Assembly (NCBI GenBank): GCA_043747615.1
Contig: JAYTOU010000076.1
Location: 16,737-80,736, forward strand
Length of the DNA stretch: 64,000 nt
DNA from: Myxococcales bacterium
GTDB taxonomy: Bacteria > Myxococcota_A > Polyangia > Polyangiales > Polyangiaceae
Reading direction: 5' to 3'
The translations under genes were made by a program, and so were the position numbers. Position 1 is the first letter of the stretch, and the number at the start of each line of letters is the position of its first letter. The notes below the pieces were generated by a model. That model was not told the DNA's origin and made no database searches. It saw nothing but the letters and a program-made list of their open reading frames with translations. This document shows positions 17,983 to 28,147 of this stretch, piece by piece.

Positions 17983-19953
17983 ATGGCGCGGCGCGCGTCT
18001 CTACCCAGTTTCCCGCCGCCTCCGAGCTCCCTGGGAGCGAAGACGCCGCCCCTCCCCGACGGTGGAAAAGGCCCGCCGTCTGCTGGCGTTCCATCCTCGC
18101 CGTCGCCGCGTCTGTCGAGCCCTCCGCTCTCCGAAGCGATCTCGATGACCTCCGCGGCGCAGCTCCTCGATCGCCTGGCCGCGGCGGACGAAGCGGCGTT
18201 CATCGTCACCTGGATCGAAGCGCAAAATGCCGGAAAATCGCGCTCGGAACCGTCGATCTCCGTGCGGCTCCTCCGCGCCTACCGGGAGACCGGCCGCGTG
18301 GATCGAGCCCGCGATCTCGCAACGTCGCTCCCCGTCGCGCCCGCCAACTGGAACCCGATCGACACGGCGCGCCTCGCGATCGAGCGGGCCATTCTGGCGA
18401 CGATGGACGGCCGCGCCGACCAAGCCGAAGCTGAAATTCGCCAAGCCTCGCGTGCGCTCGCTCTTGCCCCGCGAGGAACGGGTCACCGCGAGCAGCTCGA
18501 TCTCCACCTGACCGCCGCGCAGCTGGAGCTGAAGTTGAACCGCGTTACCCAGGCCGGCGCGGCGCTGCGCCTCGCGGAGCACATCGCCGAGCGTCTCGAG
18601 GACGGCGCGTGGCGTATCCCCGTCTCGATGATGCTCGGTCACCTCTCGATGCGTCTCGCCGATCCACGTACGGCGGTGAAGCACTACGCCACGGCGCTCG
18701 CGCGGGCTCCGACTCACGGGATGGCGGCGATGAGCGCGCAGGGGAACATGGCGATCGCGCTCGGATCGATCGGGCGTTTCGATGAAGCGCGCACCAACGC
18801 GCATCAAGCCATCGCCACGGCCAAGGATCTCAGCGCTGGCTGGCGACACGCCGATGGCTTCGACGTGCTCGCCATCGTGGAAATCGCCGCCGATCGACCG
18901 CTCGCCGCGCTGCACGCCGTCGACGAGGCGCTGAGTGTTCTCGGCGACCTCGAGCAACCGACGCTTCGCTACCAACTTGCAGAGCACCGCACGTGGGCAC
19001 TCGCCATGCTTGGTCGCGTGCAAGGGGCGAAGCAGTGGCTCGCGCGCGCCGACAAGCTTCGCGCAGAGCTGACCACCGTCGACGTCATCGACGAGCAAGA
19101 TCTCGTCTCGACGCGTGCGCGCACCCTCGAGGCCTGCGGTGAGTTTCGCGAGGCCGTCGACGTTGCGTCACCCTACGCCGAACGCCTTGCCGACGCGTTC
19201 GTCACGGGGAGCTTGAATCTCGTGCTTGGCCGCTCGGCACTCGCGATCGGGGAGCTCGATGTAGCGCGCGCGGCGGTCGAGCGAGCGGCCCTCTCGGGTG
19301 ACAAGCACGGCTGGGTCTTTCCCGATCGCACGACGAGCCGGGATCTCTGGGCCATCGCCAAGCGCGCCGGAGACAGCCGCGTCGTGCGCTACGCAGAGCG
19401 CATGCTGTCCGGAGCTGCGGCGGCTCCTTCCCTCCCGCCGCCGTCGGTGCGAACGCCTTCGATTCCGCCGCCGCCCCCCGTGGCCGCAGGCATGGTGCAC
19501 GGCGAGGAGCTCGAGCCCGTATCGACGGAAGAATTGATCTACGTGACCACGCCCGACGGGGTCTCGCGCGTGAGACGCACGGATCTCGCGCGCTGCACGG
19601 CGGGTGCACAAGTCGTGGTCGATACGCTCACGCACGCGCTCCGGGTCGATGACCGTGAGGTGTCGCTCGAACGCCGTCGGGCTCTCGAGCCGCTGGTCGT
19701 GCAGCTTCTGCGGCGGGCGAGAGAAGGCTTGAGCGCCGACGAGGTTTTGCGCGCCGCGGGCGGCCCCGGGCCAGAGTCCGCCGACGCAGAGCATCGGGTG
19801 CGAGTCCTCATCTCGCGGGTGCGCGATTTGCTCGGCGACGCGGCGTCGATCGAGCGAGTACGCGATGCCGGTGAGCACGGTCGCACACGTTACCGCTTGT
19901 CGGCAGGCGTGCGTTTCGCGCTCGTGGAGCCGCTGTTCGGCTCCGATCGCTAG
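17983..19953 (+). CDS. TPR-rich protein with C-terminal winged-helix (OmpR/PhoB-like) DNA-binding domain
   Basis: Pro/Ser-rich N-terminus and helical repeats. C-terminal LVVQLLRRAREGLSADEVL...RVRVLISRVRDLLG...IERV...RYRL. Confidence 0.7.
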   Translation: MARRASLPSFPPPPSSLGAKTPPLPDGGKGPPSAGVPSSPSPRLSSPPLSEAISMTSAAQLLDRLAAADEAAFIVTWIEAQNAGKSRSEPSISVRLLRAYRETGRVDRARDLATSLPVAPANWNPIDTARLAIERAILATMDGRADQAEAEIRQASRALALAPRGTGHREQLDLHLTAAQLELKLNRVTQAGAALRLAEHIAERLEDGAWRIPVSMMLGHLSMRLADPRTAVKHYATALARAPTHGMAAMSAQGNMAIALGSIGRFDEARTNAHQAIATAKDLSAGWRHADGFDVLAIVEIAADRPLAALHAVDEALSVLGDLEQPTLRYQLAEHRTWALAMLGRVQGAKQWLARADKLRAELTTVDVIDEQDLVSTRARTLEACGEFREAVDVASPYAERLADAFVTGSLNLVLGRSALAIGELDVARAAVERAALSGDKHGWVFPDRTTSRDLWAIAKRAGDSRVVRYAERMLSGAAAAPSLPPPSVRTPSIPPPPPVAAGMVHGEELEPVSTEELIYVTTPDGVSRVRRTDLARCTAGAQVVVDTLTHALRVDDREVSLERRRALEPLVVQLLRRAREGLSADEVLRAAGGPGPESADAEHRVRVLISRVRDLLGDAASIERVRDAGEHGRTRYRLSAGVRFALVEPLFGSDR

Positions 19954-19984
19954 GGCTCCCCAGCACGAGAACGAGGGCGAGGAC

Positions 19985-20839
19985 TCAGCTGTCCTCTCGA
20001 CGTGCCTCGATGGCCCGAGCATCACGCTGCGAGATGAGCTGTATCCCCACGGCGGCCACGAGCGCTGTCGCGGCAGCGCCTAGGGGTAGCGCGCGCGGAA
20101 ATAATTCTTCCGGACCCGCTCGATTGAGGAGCTGCGGCACCAAGGGCATCGCGCAGTACGCGGCGTTGGCGACGAACGAGGGGATGATGCTCCCCGTCTG
20201 CCCACGTAGCCACGCGAAGACGAGCCCGACCACGAAGAACGAGGGGATGTCTCGCGGCTCCTCGTGGGACAGCGCAAAGTAAGCGGCGGTGGTCAAGGTA
20301 GCGAGGGCAAGCGGCCTGCCCTTTCGCAAGCCCCCGAAGAGCATGCCGCGGTAGAAGAGGTCTTCCGCCGCCGGAATCACGAGCACGACTGCGACGAAGA
20401 GCGCGACCTTCGAGCCGAGGGTAGGCGTCGCCAGGAGCTTGCCAATGATCTCGCTCTGGCGCTCGACCTCTTCGGTCGGCGTCGGAAAGCGACGCTCGAT
20501 CAGGCTCCCCATGACATGCATGGTGGGCGCAATTCCAGCGCCCACCAGCGCGGCGAAGAAGACAGAGAACGGCGACACGACGCGCAAAGCGAGCACGCTA
20601 CGGAGCGAAGACTCGGGCTGATACACGCGGACCATCACGAAGACGACGAGCGAGTACGCTAGGACGCAGCACGCGGTCGCGCTCACGAGATCGCCGGTCG
20701 CTCCCGGCCGAGCCGCCTCGGTGGCCTGCAGAGCGAACGCGAACGCGAGCTGGGCGGCTACCGTCCACCCTGCCGCCGCAAAGAAGGAGATGGATCGCCG
20801 CTCACCGGGAAGCGCGTCGATTTCAGAAGGCTGCGTCAC
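19985..20839 (-). CDS. CPBP (CAAX protease-like/Abi) intramembrane protein
   Basis: Multi-TM protein. PAAEDLFYRG, YFALSH, WLRGQTGSIIPSFVAN. Confidence 0.8.
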   Translation of the reverse strand: MTQPSEIDALPGERRSISFFAAAGWTVAAQLAFAFALQATEAARPGATGDLVSATACCVLAYSLVVFVMVRVYQPESSLRSVLALRVVSPFSVFFAALVGAGIAPTMHVMGSLIERRFPTPTEEVERQSEIIGKLLATPTLGSKVALFVAVVLVIPAAEDLFYRGMLFGGLRKGRPLALATLTTAAYFALSHEEPRDIPSFFVVGLVFAWLRGQTGSIIPSFVANAAYCAMPLVPQLLNRAGPEELFPRALPLGAAATALVAAVGIQLISQRDARAIEARREDS

Positions 20840-20859
20840 GACCCGCTCTTCTTAGCACG

Positions 20860-22467
20860 TCAGCGGCCGCGAAGATGAGCCGGCACCCCGCGCTTCACCA
20901 CGACGTCGGTCGCGCCCTTGGGATTGAGCTCCGGAAAATCGATTGTATAGTGCAATCCACGGCTCTCGTGCCGTGCCGAGGCGCACTCCACGATCAGCTG
21001 AGCCACATTTGCGATGTTCCGCAGCTCCAGCAAATCGCGGGTGATGAAGTACTTCCAGTAGTACTCGGCGATCTCCTCCTGGAGGAGCGCGATGCGACGG
21101 GCGGCGCGGCGAAGGCGCTTGCTCGACCTCACGATGCCGACGTAGTTCCACATCAAGCGGCGAAGCTCGTCCCAGTTCTGGGTGATGACGACGGCCTCGT
21201 CGGGTGTCCCTGCCTGCCCTACGTCCCAGTCCGGAATCTCTGGCCACGGCGCAGTGCGATCCATCGTTGCAAGCGCGAGGGCCGCGCGATGAGCGAAGAC
21301 CAACCCCTCAAGAAGCGAGTTAGAGGCGAGACGGTTGGCGCCATGAAGACCGGTGTGCGCGCACTCGCCGATCGCCCACAGACCGGGAATGCTCGTGCGC
21401 CCGTCGAGATCCGTCGAGACGCCACCGCACGCATAGTGCGCCGCGGGAACGACCGGAATCGGCTGGGTGGTGATGTCGATCCCGTACCCCAAGCATTCAG
21501 CATAGATGCCCGGGAAGCGCTCACGCACGAACTCCGGCCGCTTGTGGGTGATGTCGAGGAGCACGTGCTCGGCTCCGGTGCGCTTTATCTCGTAGTCGAT
21601 GGCGCGGGCGACGATGTCACGCGGTGCGAGCTCGGCGAGCGGGTGATGCTCCTTCATGAACGCGTGGCCGTCGATGCGGCGCAGAATAGCGCCCTCGCCG
21701 CGCAGCGCCTCGCTGATGAGGAAGCTCTTGGCCTGGGGATGAAAGAGGCACGTCGGGTGGAACTGGTAAAATTCCATGTTGGCGATCTCGGCACCAGCCC
21801 GGTACGCCATGGCCACGCCGTCGCCCGTCGCGACGTCTGGATTCGTCGTGTAGAGGTAGACTTTGCCGGCGCCTCCCGTGGCCAAGACGGTCGCGCGCGC
21901 GACGATGGTGAGCACCTTCTCACCCAACACATCGAGGACGTACGCGCCCGCGCAAACCTCTGGACCGCCGTAGTCTGCAAGGGCGATGAGGTCGACCCCG
22001 GTGTGCTCCTCGAGGATGCGGATGCGCGGCTCGGCAGCGACGGCTTCGAGGAGCGCGCGCTCCACCTCGCGACCGGTCATGTCTCCGGTGTGGGCAATGC
22101 GGCGCGCGCTGTGGCCGCCCTCGAGGTGGAGATCGAGCTCGAGCGGGTTGTCTCCGTTCGCGCGATCGAAACGCGCGCCGATCTGGCGCAGCATGGCGAT
22201 GGCCCGAGGCGCATCCTTGACGCACAACTCGACGACACGCTCGTGGTTGAGCCCCGCGCCCGCAACCATAGTGTCGTCGATGTGCGATTGGAAGGTGTCG
22301 TCGCTCGCCAAAACGGCAGCAATTCCGCCCTGCGCGTACTTGGTGTTCGACTCGTCGCGTTCGCGTTTGGTGACGACGATCACGTCGCCGTGAGCGGCGG
22401 CCTCGAGGGCGAACGATAGCCCGGCGATCCCGCTCCCGATGACAAGGACATCACAGGTGATAGGCAT
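20860..22467 (-). CDS. nadB: L-aspartate oxidase
   Basis: GSGIAG, TKYAQGGIA, EGGHSARRI, QFHPT, LISEALRGEG, ELAPRDIV, GLHGANRLASNSLLE, ESRGLHY. Confidence 0.95.
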   Translation of the reverse strand: MPITCDVLVIGSGIAGLSFALEAAAHGDVIVVTKRERDESNTKYAQGGIAAVLASDDTFQSHIDDTMVAGAGLNHERVVELCVKDAPRAIAMLRQIGARFDRANGDNPLELDLHLEGGHSARRIAHTGDMTGREVERALLEAVAAEPRIRILEEHTGVDLIALADYGGPEVCAGAYVLDVLGEKVLTIVARATVLATGGAGKVYLYTTNPDVATGDGVAMAYRAGAEIANMEFYQFHPTCLFHPQAKSFLISEALRGEGAILRRIDGHAFMKEHHPLAELAPRDIVARAIDYEIKRTGAEHVLLDITHKRPEFVRERFPGIYAECLGYGIDITTQPIPVVPAAHYACGGVSTDLDGRTSIPGLWAIGECAHTGLHGANRLASNSLLEGLVFAHRAALALATMDRTAPWPEIPDWDVGQAGTPDEAVVITQNWDELRRLMWNYVGIVRSSKRLRRAARRIALLQEEIAEYYWKYFITRDLLELRNIANVAQLIVECASARHESRGLHYTIDFPELNPKGATDVVVKRGVPAHLRGR

Positions 22468-22473
22468 TTGTGA

Positions 22474-22764
22474 CTATTTGTTGCCTTTCTCGATCTTGTC
22501 GAGCTCGTCTTTGTAGTTCGCCTTATTTATCTCGGCGGCCGCCTTTGCTTGGTGGTCGTCGTGGGAGGGGATGCCGATGGCCGTGTTCGCCTTCTTGACG
22601 GAGGCTGCTGCCGCTGCGGCGACCGCGGCATCCGGCGATTGGTCGACCACAGCCGCAGTGTCCGCTGTCACGACGACACCTGCGTCGTCCCCGGCCTTCT
22701 TCTTCAAGAACCCGCAGCCGCTCACCAGGAGCAACACCACCACTAGACTCGTCGCGCGCTTCAT
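22474..22764 (-). CDS. Small lipoprotein (96 aa)
   Basis: MKRATSLVVVLLLVSGC lipobox, Ala-rich linker, C-terminal AAAEINKANYKDELDKIEK helix. Confidence 0.7.
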   Translation of the reverse strand: MKRATSLVVVLLLVSGCGFLKKKAGDDAGVVVTADTAAVVDQSPDAAVAAAAAASVKKANTAIGIPSHDDHQAKAAAEINKANYKDELDKIEKGNK

Positions 22765-22897
22765 TTTTCACCCTCGTTGACCTTGGACGATGGCCCGCAG
22801 ACTACCGAAACAGACGATCAAAGGCGACCTTCCGCAGATGCGCTGCGTGATAAGCAACCAGGCCGACCCGTGGTGAACCGAGAACGAGCGGTCGCGG

Positions 22898-22926
22898 TTG
22901 ACAGCGCGCGGCCTTCCTCCTAACTA
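22898..22926 (+). promoter_or_regulatory. Putative sigma70 promoter for etfBA
   Basis: TTGACA (22898-22903), 17-nt spacer, TAACTA (22921-22926), ending about 65 nt upstream of the etfB start. Confidence 0.55.
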
Positions 22927-22990
22927 CCCCTTGTCGGCTACTGAATAGCGATTCATTCGCGGCCGCAATCCCCAGTCAGGAGAGCGTTTC

Positions 22991-23815
22991 TTGAAAATCC
23001 TCGTCCCCCTCAAGCGCGTCAGCGACCCCGACAACGCCAACAAAATCAAGATCAATGGCGGCAAGGTCGACACGACCGGCCTCGAGTGGAAGCCGAATCC
23101 CTTCGACGAGTACGCCGTCGAAACCGCCTTGCGCCTCACCGAAAATGGAACGAACCCAAAGGCTCGCCTGGGCGAGGTAGTGGTCGTCACTTTCGGAATC
23201 AAAGACGTGGAGATGACGCTTCGCGCTGCGCTCGCTACAGGCGCCGACCGCGCGATCCGGGTCGATCTCACCGACGATCAGCTGGACGGCGATCTCGTCG
23301 CGCGCGCGCTCAAGGCCATCGTCGACAAGGAGAAGCCCGATCTCGTTCTTCTTGGCAAACAGTCAGTCGACGGCGACTCCAATCAGGTCGCGCAGCTCCT
23401 CGCCGAGTACCTTGGCTGGCCGCAAGCCACCTTCGCCGCCACGATCCGAAGCGAAGAGGACAAAGCGCTGCTCGTGGGTCGCGAGGTCGACGGTGGAACG
23501 CTCAACATTCGCGTCACCCTCCCCGCCGTCGTGTCCGTCGATCTTCGCATCGTCGCTCCGAAGAGCGTCACGTCCGTGCACACGCCCCCCACGCACGCCT
23601 ACGCCGATGGGGTTCGCTTCGCGGCGCTCATGGCCATCATGGCCGCGAAAAAGAAGCCCCTCGTGGAGATGAAAATCGCCGAGCTGACGACCGACGTCGC
23701 GCCCAAGATCACATACTCGAACTTCGAAAAACCGCCGGCGCGCAAAGCGGGCGTGAAGGTCAAGACGGTCCACGAACTGGTCCAGAAGCTGAAGACCGAA
23801 GCCAAGGTCTTGTAG
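22991..23815 (+). CDS. etfB: Electron transfer flavoprotein beta subunit
   Basis: TTG start after AGGAG. KILVPLKRVSD, NPFDEYAVE, ALATGADRAI, GKQSVDGDSNQV, REVDGG, IMAAKKKP. Confidence 0.95.
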   Translation: MKILVPLKRVSDPDNANKIKINGGKVDTTGLEWKPNPFDEYAVETALRLTENGTNPKARLGEVVVVTFGIKDVEMTLRAALATGADRAIRVDLTDDQLDGDLVARALKAIVDKEKPDLVLLGKQSVDGDSNQVAQLLAEYLGWPQATFAATIRSEEDKALLVGREVDGGTLNIRVTLPAVVSVDLRIVAPKSVTSVHTPPTHAYADGVRFAALMAIMAAKKKPLVEMKIAELTTDVAPKITYSNFEKPPARKAGVKVKTVHELVQKLKTEAKVL

Positions 23816-23874
23816 GCGACGGCGATGGGATCACGCCGCACAATCTCGCGTAGCCTCGTTTAGGAGAAGAAGAC

Positions 23875-24843
23875 ATGAGCCACGTTCTCGTCATTGCCGA
23901 GCTTCTCGAAGGAAAAGTCCGAAAAGCAACCCACAGCGCCATCGCCTTCGCGCGCAAGGTTGCCGAGGCGGGGGGGGATTTCTCCATCCTCCTACTTGGC
24001 TCCGGAAGCATGGCTGCGGCCGCAGGCGTAGCAGGGTTTGGCGCCACTAAGCTGTTCGTCGCCGACGACGCGTCGCTCAAAGATCCGCTCGCCGAGCGTT
24101 ACGCGCCGGTGGTGGCCGAGGTCGCCAAGAAGGGATTCGACGTCGTGGTCGTTACGGCCAGCTCGTACGGCAAAGATCTCGCACCGCGCGTCGCAGCCAA
24201 GCTCGGCGCCGGCTATGCCCCGGACATCAGCGGCGTCGACACGACCGGCGGCAAGCTCGTCTTCAAGCGCCCGATGTACGCGGGGAACGCCTTCGGATTC
24301 TGCGAGATCAACACGCCCACCAAGGTGGTCAGCGTCCGGCAGAGCGAGTTCACGGCTGCCGAGCCGAGCGGCGGGGCGAGCCCCATTGAAGCGGTCGCGC
24401 TCCCTGCCACTGATCCGAGCGCAGCGCGCGTGCAGTTCGTCTCGCTCGATGCCGCGAAGAGTGAACGCCCCGACCTCGGTGAAGCACGGGTCATCGTCTC
24501 CGGAGGTCGCGCGCTGAAGGAACGTTTTGCGGAGGTGCTCGATCCGCTCGCGAGCCTCCTCGGAGCCGCTCTTGGTGCGAGCCGAGCGGCGTGCGATGCG
24601 GGGTACGCCCCTCCCGAGCTGCAGGTCGGGCAGACGGGCCGTGTCGTTGCGCCCGCGCTCTACGTCGCGATCGGAATCTCCGGCGCCATCCAGCACCTCG
24701 CCGGCATGAAGAACTCGAAGACGATCGTCGCCGTCAACAAAGACCCTGAAGCCCCGATCTTCCAGGTGGCCGACTACGGCCTGGTGGCAGACCTCTTCGT
24801 CGCAATCCCCGAGCTGATCACGGAGCTCAAGAAAGCCGAGTAA
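23875..24843 (+). CDS. etfA: Electron transfer flavoprotein alpha subunit
   Basis: [50 protein letters not shown]. Confidence 0.95.
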   Translation: MSHVLVIAELLEGKVRKATHSAIAFARKVAEAGGDFSILLLGSGSMAAAAGVAGFGATKLFVADDASLKDPLAERYAPVVAEVAKKGFDVVVVTASSYGKDLAPRVAAKLGAGYAPDISGVDTTGGKLVFKRPMYAGNAFGFCEINTPTKVVSVRQSEFTAAEPSGGASPIEAVALPATDPSAARVQFVSLDAAKSERPDLGEARVIVSGGRALKERFAEVLDPLASLLGAALGASRAACDAGYAPPELQVGQTGRVVAPALYVAIGISGAIQHLAGMKNSKTIVAVNKDPEAPIFQVADYGLVADLFVAIPELITELKKAE

Positions 24844-24914
24844 CACGGGGCCGACGAGCCGAAACTCATCGCTCCCCCTCGCATCCGCACGCGCGCTAGG
24901 CTAGCCGTAAGCTC

Positions 24915-26753
24915 GTGAGTTACCTCGTTCTCGCCCGAAAGTATCGACCGCAAAGCTTCGAGGATCTCGTCGGCCAGGAGCACGTCGCCCGCACTCTCGC
25001 GAACGCCATTGCGTCCAACCGCGTGGCGCACGCATTCCTCTTCACTGGAGTACGCGGCGTCGGAAAAACCACGAGCGCGCGCCTCCTCGCCAAGTGCCTG
25101 AACTGCCTCGGCGCCGACGGCAAAGCCACCGGGCCCACGGCTACGCCTTGCCAAGTATGTGCAGCATGCAAGGAAGTCGCGGCAGGGAACGACATCGACG
25201 TCCAAGAGATCGACGGTGCCAGCTACAACGGCGTTGACGAGGTGAGGCGCCTCCAAGAGGGGCTCGCCTTCCGCCCTGCGCGCGACCGCTACAAAATCTA
25301 CATCGTCGACGAAGTTCACATGCTGTCGAACGCCGCGTGGAACGCTTTTCTGAAGACGCTCGAGGAGCCGCCGCCGCACGTGAAGTTCATCTTCGCGACG
25401 ACGGAAGTCCACAAGGTGCCGGTCACCATTCTCAGCCGCTGCCAACGCTACGACTTCAAGCTGATCTCCACCCAGATGATCGCCAAGCGTCTCAAGGAGG
25501 TGCTCTCTCTCGAGAAGATCGTCGCCGACGACGTGGCCATCGCCGTCATTGCGCGGGAGGCTGCGGGATCCATGCGCGACGCGATGAGCCTGCTCGATCA
25601 GGTGATCGCCTTCAGCGGAGACAAGCTCTCCGGCGCGGACGTCACGCGTGTCCTCGGGGTCGCCGATCGAAAGATCTTGCACGACCTTGCGTCGGCGCTC
25701 GTGAGCGGAGACGCCGCGACGGCGCTGAAGATCGTCGATGGTCTCGCGCAACAGGGGTTCGATCTTCCGCACGTGGCGCGCGACATTCTTGGGCACCTCC
25801 GAAATCTGGTGGTGGCCAAAGTGTGCGGCGAGTCAGGAACAGAACTCCTCGACCTGGCCGACGAAGAAACGGGAGACGTGCTCGCGCTCGCCAAGACGAG
25901 CGACACCGATGACCTCACCCGCCTTTACCAGGGTTTTTCGCGGGGCTTCGACGAGATCGTACGCAGCGGTCAACCGCGCACCGCGCTCGAGATGATGCTG
26001 GTGCGCCTCGCCCGTCGTCCTCCGCTTCTTCCGCTGGACGAGCTCTTGAGCCGTCTCGGAGACCTCGAGAAGCGGCTCGGCGGCGCGCCCCCTTCCCCTC
26101 CCCGCGGCAGTGGAGGCGGACCAAACGTCGGCGGAGGTGGTGGTGGCAGCCGTGCTCCCCAGACGCCGTCGCCATCGAGGTCGGCGGAGCGCACCCACGG
26201 CTCCCTCGCGCTCGCGCCGAGTCTGGACGAGACGCCGAAGCCATCGTCGGCGACGCTGCCGAAGCCGCGGCCGATCCCCCCGCCTCCTCCGGTGCTCTCA
26301 CCGATCTCGGTGCGAGCGTCGGCGCCTCCGTCGAGCGCAGGCGGGAGAGTCGATGGTGACGCGTGGCGGGCGATCCTCGAACGCGTTGGGGTCGCACGGC
26401 CATCGCTCTTTGCGGTTCTGCACCATGCCGTCCCCATGCAGGTGAACGCAGAGAACGTCGTCCTCGCCTACGACGCGCAGGATCTTCTCGCGTCACAAGC
26501 CACGGACGCCGAGGCGCTCGATCTGCTCACCCGCGAGGTGCGCGCACATTTCGGGACGGCGACGAACGTCGCGCTCGATTTATCTACGCGCTCGCTCGCC
26601 GGAATGAACACCGTGGCTCGCGAGGAAGCCGGAAAGAAGAGGCTGGAGCTCGCGGCGGCGCGTGAGCTCGTGCAAAATCATCCGCTGGTGCGGGAAGCTA
26701 TTTCTCTTTTCGGCGCCGAGCTCCGCGAGGTACGTCTCCCGGGCGAAGAGTGA
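24915..26753 (+). CDS. dnaX: DNA polymerase III gamma/tau subunit
   Basis: LARKYRPQSF, GVRGVGKTT, Zn module, DEVHML, LKTLEEPP, TILSRC, GSMRDA; Pro-rich linker and C-terminal domain. Confidence 0.97.
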   Translation: MSYLVLARKYRPQSFEDLVGQEHVARTLANAIASNRVAHAFLFTGVRGVGKTTSARLLAKCLNCLGADGKATGPTATPCQVCAACKEVAAGNDIDVQEIDGASYNGVDEVRRLQEGLAFRPARDRYKIYIVDEVHMLSNAAWNAFLKTLEEPPPHVKFIFATTEVHKVPVTILSRCQRYDFKLISTQMIAKRLKEVLSLEKIVADDVAIAVIAREAAGSMRDAMSLLDQVIAFSGDKLSGADVTRVLGVADRKILHDLASALVSGDAATALKIVDGLAQQGFDLPHVARDILGHLRNLVVAKVCGESGTELLDLADEETGDVLALAKTSDTDDLTRLYQGFSRGFDEIVRSGQPRTALEMMLVRLARRPPLLPLDELLSRLGDLEKRLGGAPPSPPRGSGGGPNVGGGGGGSRAPQTPSPSRSAERTHGSLALAPSLDETPKPSSATLPKPRPIPPPPPVLSPISVRASAPPSSAGGRVDGDAWRAILERVGVARPSLFAVLHHAVPMQVNAENVVLAYDAQDLLASQATDAEALDLLTREVRAHFGTATNVALDLSTRSLAGMNTVAREEAGKKRLELAAARELVQNHPLVREAISLFGAELREVRLPGEE

Positions 26754-26780
26754 TAACACCGACCCAAAGGTAAAAAGGTC

Positions 26781-27101
26781 ATGAATTTCCGTGGCGGAAT
26801 GAACGAGCTGATGCGCCAGGCAGCGCGCATTCAGCGAAAGATCGAGCTGGCCAAGGCCACTCTGAAGGACAAAGAGCTCACGGCTTCGGCGGTGGGCGAC
26901 AAGGTCAAGGTCACCGTGACGCTTGGTCGCAAGGTCACGCGCATCGACATCGACCCTGAGTTCTTGAAGAGCGAGGGGATCGAGCTCGCGCTCGACGGGG
27001 CGTGCGCCGCGGTGAACTCAGCGCTCGAGCAAGCCGACAAAGAGATGGAAGCGGAGCTCGAGAAGGTGACTGGCGGAGTAAAAATTCCCGGCGTCGTCTG
27101 A
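26781..27101 (+). CDS. ybaB: YbaB/EbfC nucleoid-associated protein
   Basis: MNELMRQAARIQ...IDIDP...AVNSAL; lies between dnaX and recR. Confidence 0.9.
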   Translation: MNFRGGMNELMRQAARIQRKIELAKATLKDKELTASAVGDKVKVTVTLGRKVTRIDIDPEFLKSEGIELALDGACAAVNSALEQADKEMEAELEKVTGGVKIPGVV

Positions 27102-27114
27102 GGCCGCCCAAGCC

Positions 27115-27726
27115 GTGATTTCTCCCCGCGTCAAACGGCTGACTTCGCTCTTGTCACGCCTGCCGGGCGTCGGCGAGAAGACGGCGCAGCGCTACCTTCT
27201 CTTCCTCCTCACGGCGGACGGTGGGTTGCCGCAAGAAATCGGGCGCGAGCTGATCGAGCTACGCGATCACCTGCGGCCGTGCGTGCGGTGCAGCAACATC
27301 GCCGAGATCTCAAGCGCCGACGACGAAGCGCTCTGCACCATCTGCGCCGATTTGAAGCGTGATCCATCGCTTCTCTGCGTCGTCGGGCGGGTGCACGATC
27401 TTCTGGCGATCGAGCGCGCGGGGGCCATGCGTGGCCGCTATTTCGTCTTGGGAAAACTTCTCTCCCCGCTCGAAGGCGTCGGCCCGGAGCAGCTTCCGAT
27501 CCCCCAACTCTTGGCGCGCATCCGCGCCGACAACGTGACGGAAGTCATCGTGGCGACGCCGCCGAGCGTGGACGGCGAGGCCACCGGGCTGCTCCTCAAG
27601 CGCGAGCTCGAGCCGCTCGGCATCACGCTCTCACGCATCGCCAGCGGCGTTCCCCACGGCGGAGACCTAGAGTTCGCTGACCCGATCACGATGAGCCGCG
27701 CCTTCAGCGGTAGGCAGAAGCTGTGA
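27115..27726 (+). CDS. recR: Recombination mediator RecR
   Basis: LPGVGEKTAQR, CxxC...CxxC, LSPLEGVGP, DGEAT, RIASGVPHGGDLEFAD. Confidence 0.95.
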   Translation: MISPRVKRLTSLLSRLPGVGEKTAQRYLLFLLTADGGLPQEIGRELIELRDHLRPCVRCSNIAEISSADDEALCTICADLKRDPSLLCVVGRVHDLLAIERAGAMRGRYFVLGKLLSPLEGVGPEQLPIPQLLARIRADNVTEVIVATPPSVDGEATGLLLKRELEPLGITLSRIASGVPHGGDLEFADPITMSRAFSGRQKL

Positions 27727-27745
27727 CTTGCTCTAGAGAAAGCCA

Positions 27746-28123
27746 ATGAAAGCGATCACGACCACCTCCGCACCCGCAGCCATCGGCCCCTACTCCCAGG
27801 CGGTACGTGTTTCGAATTTCGTCTTCCTCAGCGGGCAAATTCCGCTCGATCCGAGCACCGGCAAAATGGTGAGCGGTGGGATTGCGGAAGAGACCACGCG
27901 CGTGATGGCGAACCTGGGCGCGGTCCTCGCGGCGGCGGGGCTCACCTTCGCCAACGTCGTGAAGACCACCATCTATCTCACGGACCTGGCCGATTTTCAG
28001 GTCGTCAACGACACCTACGCGAAGGCGTTCACCGGCACCCCGCCCGCACGCGCGACCGTGCAAGTCTCCGCTCTACCGCGGGGTGCCAGGGTGGAGATCG
28101 ACGCGATCGCCGTCGAGCTCTGA
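27746..28123 (+). CDS. ridA: RidA/YjgF enamine-imine deaminase
   Basis: APAAIGPYSQA, SGQIP, VKTTIYL, PARATVQV, VEIDAIA. Confidence 0.9.
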   Translation: MKAITTTSAPAAIGPYSQAVRVSNFVFLSGQIPLDPSTGKMVSGGIAEETTRVMANLGAVLAAAGLTFANVVKTTIYLTDLADFQVVNDTYAKAFTGTPPARATVQVSALPRGARVEIDAIAVEL

Positions 28124-28147
28124 GCTACGCCATCTACCGCTGCGCGG

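Noticed and set aside
24844..24914. Possible SRP RNA or tRNA upstream of dnaX
   Set aside because: The gap is only about 70 nt, with no SRP GGAA-loop motif or cloverleaf.
25931..25937. In-frame G_GGT_TTT heptamer in dnaX as a possible gamma-producing -1 frameshift site
   Set aside because: It lies inside domain III, has no nearby -1 stop or evident stimulator, and is not the A_AAA_AAG or poly-A type known for dnaX.
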